In this document: positions 57,003 through 64,000 of the stretch, piece by piece
Position numbering within the stretch: the first letter of the stretch is position 1
Layout of the letters: the number at the start of each line of letters is the position of its first letter
Origin: Macrostomum lignano
Taxonomy: Eukaryota
DNA: 64,000 bases
Direction of reading: 5' to 3'
Assembly (NCBI GenBank): GCA_002269645.1
Contig: NIVC01000986.1
Span: 248,001-312,000 of the forward strand
Translations under genes and position numbers: made by a program
Notes under the pieces: generated by a model
What the model was told of the DNA's origin: nothing
The model's database searches: none
Seen by the model: the letters and a program-made list of their open reading frames with translations, nothing else

Positions 57003-58103
57003 TTGAAAATGAAAACAAAAAGCAAGACTGAGGCAACCCTCTCAACTTTTGAAGTTTGTCTAAGCTGCGAAAAAAGTGTTCTTGGAGCACTTAAGGCAGG
57101 TCGCCATCTAAACTGTAAGCGCTGTACATGGTCTGTCTGCTGGCAGTGTGGCTTTATAAAGCCTGGGAAAAATATCTCGGCCTCTCGCCATCGAGGACAC
57201 CAGCTGCTGCCCTCTGGTGATGAAGGGATCCGCGATTTGCGACGTAATGTTCTCCAAAAAGCGCAGGAGCAAGAAAAGGAGCAGGCTGCGAGAAAGCAAG
57301 TTCTTAACGAGGTCATCAACGTTGTAGTCGCAGAAGCCAATAGCGATGATGATTTTGTCGGCCGTGGAACTGCACATCATTCCGTTGAACCGCTTGTTCG
57401 TCAGCCGCCACATATTCGGGGTAAACAGCTCAGGATGAGCAGCCCCGATATGAACTTGAACGAGGAGCCCAGTGAGTATGTAGATGATAATGAACAGGCA
57501 TTCGACATCAACGAGCAGCCGCTGAATGGTGGCAACGAGCAGCCGCTGAATGGTGTTAACGAGCAGCCGCTGAATGGTGGCAACGAGCAGCCGCTGAATA
57601 GTGTCAACGAGCAGCCGCTGAATGGTGTTAACGAGCAGCCGCTGAATGGTGTCACCGAGCAGCCGCTGAATGGTGTCAACGAGCAGCCGCTGAATGGTGT
57701 CAACGAGCAGCCGCTGAATGGTGTCACCGAGCAGCCGCTGATTGGTGGCAACGAGCACCCGCTGAATGGTGTCAACGAGCACCCGCTGAATGGTGTCAAC
57801 GAGCACCCGCTGAATGGTGTCACCGAGCAGCCGCTGAATGGTGTCAACGAGCAGCCGCTGGCTGGTGTCAACGTCGAGCAGCTTTCAAGCATCAACAACA
57901 TTGGTGAACAGATGGCCCAGCCAAACATTATTGAAGAACCGGCTGGATTGGATTCCCTGATGGAGGTATTGGGAGACGGTGCATTGGAAGCTGCTAACAA
58001 TGTCGTAACTCGATACCAGCTGCAACTCGTGCTGCCACCAGTAATTGGAGCCGGATATATTGTAAAAGTTGAAAATGACAGCATTATTTTTGTGTCTCGT
58101 TGA
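57003..58103 (+). CDS. Hypothetical protein: Cys-rich (CxxC) N-terminus plus 8-aa repeats (NEQPLNGV)
   Basis: CLSC...CKRC...CWQC, then about 14 24-bp repeats in frame. Confidence 0.6.
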   Translation: MKMKTKSKTEATLSTFEVCLSCEKSVLGALKAGRHLNCKRCTWSVCWQCGFIKPGKNISASRHRGHQLLPSGDEGIRDLRRNVLQKAQEQEKEQAARKQVLNEVINVVVAEANSDDDFVGRGTAHHSVEPLVRQPPHIRGKQLRMSSPDMNLNEEPSEYVDDNEQAFDINEQPLNGGNEQPLNGVNEQPLNGGNEQPLNSVNEQPLNGVNEQPLNGVTEQPLNGVNEQPLNGVNEQPLNGVTEQPLIGGNEHPLNGVNEHPLNGVNEHPLNGVTEQPLNGVNEQPLAGVNVEQLSSINNIGEQMAQPNIIEEPAGLDSLMEVLGDGALEAANNVVTRYQLQLVLPPVIGAGYIVKVENDSIIFVSR

Positions 58104-58697
58104 GTAAGCGAATTCTTGGTCACGCTTTAAATGTGAGAACGTAGTGTAGTGTATTTTAAAATTCAGTTTAACCTTAATTTCTTACTTTAATACGAGCTAT
58201 TTACTTTAGCTTACGAGCTATATTTGATTCACAATAAGCCGACAAATTTTTTTTTTAAATTAATAGCGATTAGTAAAGCTAGATAGAATATTTCGAGCAA
58301 CATAGCTTTTAGTACGAGCGTAGTATCAACTACAATTAAATAAGCCAATCAATGTAGTTGTCGACTCAAACATGAATACAAGTTTTTACGGTGTTTAAAA
58401 CTTACCTGCTGTCCTGTGGCCGAACACCTTGGAAGTTTGACAAATATAAGTTGAAAGTTTTACAGTCTGATATGATTCAGTAGTTTATTTTGGATGAACA
58501 TGTTCGATCTTGTGTTTTTTTATTTCATATTACATATGTACATTAATTTCATGTAGTATAGTCAGCATACTGTAAGGAAAAGCAAATAGTTAAAGTATTA
58601 AATTTTGAATAATGAATCTAAATTTATCGCACTTGGACGTTACATCTTACAGCTGAATAACGGTCGTTAATAGTAACTGAATGACAGGACCGGTGAT

Positions 58698-60600
58698 ATG
58701 GACTGGGTCAATCTGACAGATTCTTCCGAAGATGCATCGGAGTCGGCTCAGAATTTTTCGGAGCTTGAATCTCAGGAAGATTTGTCGGATTCAGCTGAAA
58801 ATTTGTCAGAATCTGCTGCCGGTTTGTCAGAATCTGTTGGCGATTTGTCAGAATCTGTTGGCGATTTGTCAGAATCTGCTGCCGATTTGTCAGATTCTGC
58901 TGACGATTTGTCAGAATCTGCTGACGATTTGTCAGATTCTAGTTCCGCCGAAGATTCAGGCGACACCGGCGGCAGCAGTGCAGGAAGCGACACCGGCGGC
59001 AGCAGTGCAGGAAGCGACACCGGCGGCGGCAGTGCAGGAAGCGACACCGGCGGCAGCAGTGCAGGAAGCGACACCGGCGGCGGCAGTGCAGGAAGCGACA
59101 CCGGCGGCAGCAGTGCAGGAAGCGACACCGGCGGCGGCAGTGCAGGAAGCGACACCGGCGGCAGCAGTGCAGGAAGTGACACCGGCGGCAGCAGTGCAGG
59201 AAGTGAACTCAGCTTGATCGAAAACAACGGTGCCAGCAATATTCATCCTTATCGTGAGTCAACAACATTTTTAATTTCAGCCTTAAAGTTATTTAATTCC
59301 TGGGTGCATTCGAAAGTTTTGTATTTAAAAATCGAGAAATTCGATTTAAGTGTGCTTATTGAGTCTAAATTTCATTATCATGGAATACCATCCTTTGAGT
59401 AACAGAAAATAAGCAAAGCTGTTAATTTTTTTATTTTAGACATTCAGCAAGTAGCAAGTGTGCACAACGAAACCCTGGTGGTGTATCGAATTTCCGTGCC
59501 AAGCGATGCACCATGTGACCCATTTGAACTCGCCCGACGGAGCAGGGAAGCAGTACAGCGAATTGTATTCGAGAAGATGGCGAATCCAAATCTTTTAGTC
59601 AGAGCGCAGCTAAAAATGAGCATCCGAATGAACAGAATCCAAGCTGGTGAAGTGGTGAACCAGGAAGAAAGATGGGTAAGCACTCGTTTGCAACCTGTCA
59701 ATGACGCCGCTTGCTTTGATGATTGGTGGAAGCAGCAGATTGATGGTTGCGAAGGCATCATTGAGAAGATGAACACAAATGGCAGTGGTTGGGTGATTGT
59801 GCGCGTCAACTGCATCGACTTGAACATTGCGGTTGGTCAAAGACTGCGCTTCTACTCTGGTCACGCAAGCAATTTTGAATTACCTCCTCTGCTGAAGGCA
59901 AAAAAAGCCGTCATCAATCCTCCTAGTACTGGATCTGATTGTTTTTTGTATGCCTGCCTTGCAGTGCTGCATCACGGTGATGAGAATTTGAGGAAAAACC
60001 CTCAAAGGCTTGCTACTTACAAGGACTGGTTGAACGATATCAATCTTTCAGGAATTTCCTTACCCGTTGGACTCAACCAGCTAAATCGAATCGAATTACT
60101 GAACCCAAGGTTATGTTTTGTAGTTTTTTCTTGGTCAAGCAGTAACGGTGTCAGTGTGCTGAGGCAGCCACGAGTTGAAGTCGCATGCAATCGCAAAGTA
60201 GTTCTTCTCCTACTATTGAACAAATCAGCTAACAAGGATGAAGAGGATAAACACTGGTGCGGAATTGTGAGCCTTGATAGGCTACTAAACAGTAAAAGCG
60301 GTCTTTACCACAGAAAATGGTGTGAACGCTGCTTGAGCTCTTTCGTAACTGATCAGAAGCTAAGTGAGCACAGAGAGCAGTGCTATCGCTCTAATGAGTT
60401 TGCTGTCAAGGAACGAGTTCCTACTGAGAAGCGCAGCGTGCTGTCTTTTCAAAACTACTTCAAAACTATTGAAGCACCGTTCGCTATCTATGCTGATATT
60501 GAAGCATTTAATTCTCCGCTAGGCCCCCACACTCGAGAGGTCATGCATCAGAAGGTTGAGGAAATGGAGGTCAGCGACAATGAGCAAGTCTGCAGCACAC

Positions 60601-60632
<32 letters not shown>

Positions 60633-63285
60633 CATGTACAAGCAAGACCAGATGAGGGCATGATAACTGGCAAAACCGTCTTTATTACCGAGCATCTGCC
60701 TGCAGCGGGTGGATTTCTACTCGTTGCTCGTGAAGGCATGAAGGGACCACCACTCAAGGATCAAGGTCAGGTGAAGTTGGTCTCCAGTTCGAATCCATTG
60801 GAGTGTATGGAAACGTTTCTTCATGAGCTGGAACGCGTAGCTCGAGAAGTCTATGAATGGAACAGAAAGCACAGCTACCAAACGGCTGAAGCAGACACTA
60901 TTGCTAGTCAAATCTTCAGTGAATCCTCCAACTGTCATTACTGTGATCGACAGTTTACTGACACTAATGACAAGCACTATGACCATGATCATCTGACTGG
61001 AAAATTTAAAGGCGCCGCATGTTCACGGTGTAACAAATTAGCGCAACTTCGCCGAAGATTTCTGCCGATTTTTTTTCCATAATCTCCGAAATTATGACAT
61101 GCACCTCCTGTTTTCAACAGCGTTAGGAAATATGAAAAACTGGAAGCTGAGTGTCATTCCTCAGACTTCTGAACGCTATATGTCTCTTCGAGTAGATTTC
61201 CCAATCGCCGAAATCACTCTACCGAAAGGCAAAAAGAAAACAATTTTCTTCACTCTGCAGTTCCTCGATTCATTCCAGTTTTTAAACGCGGGTCTAGACA
61301 AACTGATTCGCAACTTACCTCTCCAGGACAGAAATTTCCCCTCAGCAAATGAAAAGCTGCTTTCCAAAGTTAACTAATGAAACTTTGTCTATCAAGGGAG
61401 TCTTTCCCTATGATTTCGTCAAATCCCCCGCGAGTTTGGCAGTGACCGAACTTCCGAGCAGAGAAGAGTTTTTCAACTCTCTGACAAAGACAGCTTGCAG
61501 TGAGGAGAGCTATGCTCATGCGCGCAAAGCCTGGAAGCAGATCGAAGCAAAAAATTTGCACGACTACATGCTTGCCTACCTGCAGCTTGACATCCGTCAA
61601 CTTGCCGATGTTTTTCAGAACTTTCGCCGTTTGAGTCTCCATGATGACGGTCTTGACCCGGCCCACTACTTTACTACACCAGGTCTATCATTTGATTCCG
61701 CACTGAAATCCGCGCCAACACCGCTCCAGTTGCTCGACGATGCTGAGAAGTACAGACTCTTTGAGCTTGGCATTCGTGGAGGAATGACCTTCACGAACGT
61801 TCATCATGTTACTGCCGGACCAGTCACCAGTCACCAGTCGTCAGATGGTGCAGATTCATCAAGCGCAGCTTCTAATGCCGAGACAAATTCTTTGCTCCCC
61901 GTAGACATGAATAATCTCTACGGGCAAGCGCTGTCCGAAAAACTACCCGTCAGTGACTTTGAGTGGCTTAGTGAAGAAGAACTGTGTGAATGGACAGAAG
62001 AGAAGCTACTTAAATTGGATGATGATGGTCCAGTTGGCTACCTATTTGAGGTTGATTTGGAATATCCAGATGTAATCCACACGCAGACACAAGATTTGCC
62101 ATTTGCCCCCGAGAAGGCCGCGCCTAAGCTCGAAGAGTTTCCGCCATTCATGAAACGTCTTTGGGGCGAATTGAACACTCGCAACGAGCCGTACAAAGGC
62201 TGTGTGAAACTTTTACTCACATGTCATGATAAGGAATCCTACGTCGTACATTTCCGAATTTTGAAGTTCTACTTGCGTCACGGTATGCGACTAAAAAAGG
62301 TCCGAAGAGCTATTCGATTTTGTCAAGCTGCAATTTTCCAAGCCTACATTGACAGAAACAGCAAAAAGCGCTCAGTGGCTACAACGGAATTCGAAAAAGA
62401 CTATTACAAACTGAAGAATAACTCCCTGTTCGGCAAAACGATGGAAAACGTACGGAAGAGGCTCAGTGTTCGAATTTCTAACAACGAGGAGCAGTCCGAA
62501 ATCTATTCATCGCGTCCGAATCTTAAGGACTTTACGATTGTGACTCAAGACTTAGTAGTTTTTCAATTTTTCAAGACATCAGTCACTCTTGACCGCCCAA
62601 TCTACGTTGGTCAATGTGTTTTAGATGACTCTAAGCTGGCGATGTACCGATTGTACTATGGAAAGCTAAAGCCAACATTTGAGAATCCTGCTCTCCAACA
62701 AGGAGTTTCCCTATGCGGTGGGGACACCGATTCCTTCTTTCTGTGCTTTAAAAACATCGATGTTCAGAGTGCTGTTCTACCAGAACTCATTCGCCAGCGA
62801 TTGCTAGATACCTCAAACTTCCCGGCCGACCATCAATTCCGATCCGATGATCTAAAAGCCAAGTTAGGCTGCATAAAGGACGAATCTGCAGGCAACCCCA
62901 TCGTGAATGGATCCTTTTGAGACCAAAACTATACTCGATGAAGGCCGAGTCTGGAGGGAAGAAGGCAGCCAAAGGTGTTCAGAAGAGTGTGCTGCGGGCA
63001 GAAATCACACACGATGACTACATGCAGGCGTTTGCCAGTTTGAAGGAGCTTCGCGTCTTGACACGCAGAATCGCTAGCCGACGACACAGAGTAGTCACTT
63101 TAGAGCAACAGAAGCGTGCCCTGACTGTATGGGAGGACAAGCGTGCGTGGACTTCCCCAAACCAAAGTCTTCCGTATGGGCACTTTGCTCTAAGAGACCC
63201 CTGCCGCCACAGCTGCCGCCGTTACAATCGAGAAGCACCTCAACTAGCTGCTGATCAGGCTCCCAAGCAAATGAGGATGCAATAA
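58698..63285 (+). CDS. polB: Protein-primed DNA polymerase B of element B (EndoVII/HNH-containing type), with an acidic repeat first exon and 3 frameshifts
   Basis: Exon 58698-59253 joins 59440 in frame through a GTGAGT...TTTTAG intron. Motifs CFLYAC / KHWC (vOTU-like), YADIE, CHYC..DHDHLTGKFKGAAC..CN, HNLRNYD, FLDSFQF, KGVFPYD, YLQLD, IRGG, DMNNLYG, KLKNNSLFGK, DTDS, RPKLYS. Frameshifts near 61078, 61345 and 62905. Confidence 0.92.
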
Positions 63286-63629
63286 CATACATTTGACTAG
63301 TGCGTACTTTTGAATTGAGCATTTGCTCAGCTTTGCATTTTGGTTTTTGGAACGCAATGTACATGTTGTCCGCATAAATGCTATAGTACTTTTCTTTAAT
63401 GTGCAACTGCTTTTTCAAAACTTGCTTAACTTTTATGAGTGTTAGTATTTTCATTTTCTTTCTTTTCCTATGTTATTTTAATATTAGTATCAATTTTCGC
63501 TGTGTTGCAGTTTGCTGACAATTTTTTAGCATATTTTCTAACCAAAAAATAAAACTAGTAAACAAGGCATATTAACGTTTTTTTCTGCTAGTTCTTGTCG
63601 GAAGATTGAAGACGGATAATTATTGTGCT

Positions 63630-64000
63630 TTATTTTAGTTGCATAAGTGTGTTAACAGAGCGAAACAGGGAAGAACTGTCGGATTTTAGCATACGCAGAG
63701 ATTTCGCCCCACTTAGAATATAAGAAGCATTATGAAAAAGCAAGCATTTACAATACTTAAGTTGACAAACTAAAGCTGAAAATGTTTCTGGTTCATACTG
63801 GGCTTTGGGCAAAACTTTAACAAGTTCAGTAAGCGGTAGCGCATTTTGGAGCTTAAAACGTCCATGAGCAGTAATAGTTTTAATTCGAACACAAATTGTT
63901 TGATGAGGCAGCAGTTGATCCGGCACTCTCCGATGCAGCATAGCCACGAAGCGACGGGCAGCCCTTTTGGCGTCTGCGTGGGTCTTGGCGCCACAGATGC
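63630..64000 (-). CDS. Divergent TATA-box-binding-protein (TBP)-like protein, 5' part beyond the window
   Basis: The frame is open to the window edge: ICGAKTHADAKRAARRFVAMLHR...YEPETFSALVCQLKYCKCLLFHNASYILSGAKS. This parallels TBP [23 protein letters not shown]...YEPELFPGLIYRM...LLIFVSGKVVLTGAK. Confidence 0.8.
   Translation of the reverse strand, partial: ICGAKTHADAKRAARRFVAMLHRRVPDQLLPHQTICVRIKTITAHGRFKLQNALPLTELVKVLPKAQYEPETFSALVCQLKYCKCLLFHNASYILSGAKSLRMLKSDSSSLFRSVNTLMQLK

Larger units (their letters stand above)
48600..64000. mobile_element. Element B: Polinton/Maverick (adintovirus-like) provirus; left boundary approximate, extends beyond the window
   Basis: Clustered minor capsid, major capsid, A32-like ATPase and pPolB genes; a 53-bp duplicated motif at ~48644 and ~48723 may belong to a terminal region. 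Confidence 0.85.

Overview
Repeat-rich eukaryotic (metazoan-like) genomic DNA, with GT-AG introns, GC3-rich exons and no prokaryotic operon structure. The style resembles flatworm (Macrostomum-type) assemblies, but the species cannot be established from the sequence alone. 1-17 kb holds a multi-exon host gene, two orphan ORFs, a CORE-like SINE and about ten different mini/microsatellites. From 19 to 64 kb the window is an almost continuous nest of mobile elements: a truncated P/THAP9-type transposase, three pieces of APE-RT-RNaseH non-LTR retrotransposons sitting in (CAG)n tracts, and two Penelope-like elements with hammerhead ribozyme motifs. It also holds two unrelated protein-primed-polymerase (pPolB) elements. 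Element A (33371-43128) is complete, with ~1.17-kb TIRs, ACTACT...AGTAGT termini and a TGTGTG 6-bp TSD. It carries only a 7-exon (6 spliceosomal introns) pPolB, a tandem PC4-like ORF and one orphan ORF, with no integrase, capsid, ATPase or protease. Element B (~48.6 kb to beyond the window) is a Polinton/adintovirus-like provirus with minor and major capsid, packaging ATPase and an EndoVII-type pPolB. It is interrupted by a tyrosine-recombinase retroelement remnant with a hairpin-core repeat array, and a divergent TBP-like gene directly follows its polymerase. All protein calls are by motif recognition; no database searches were run.
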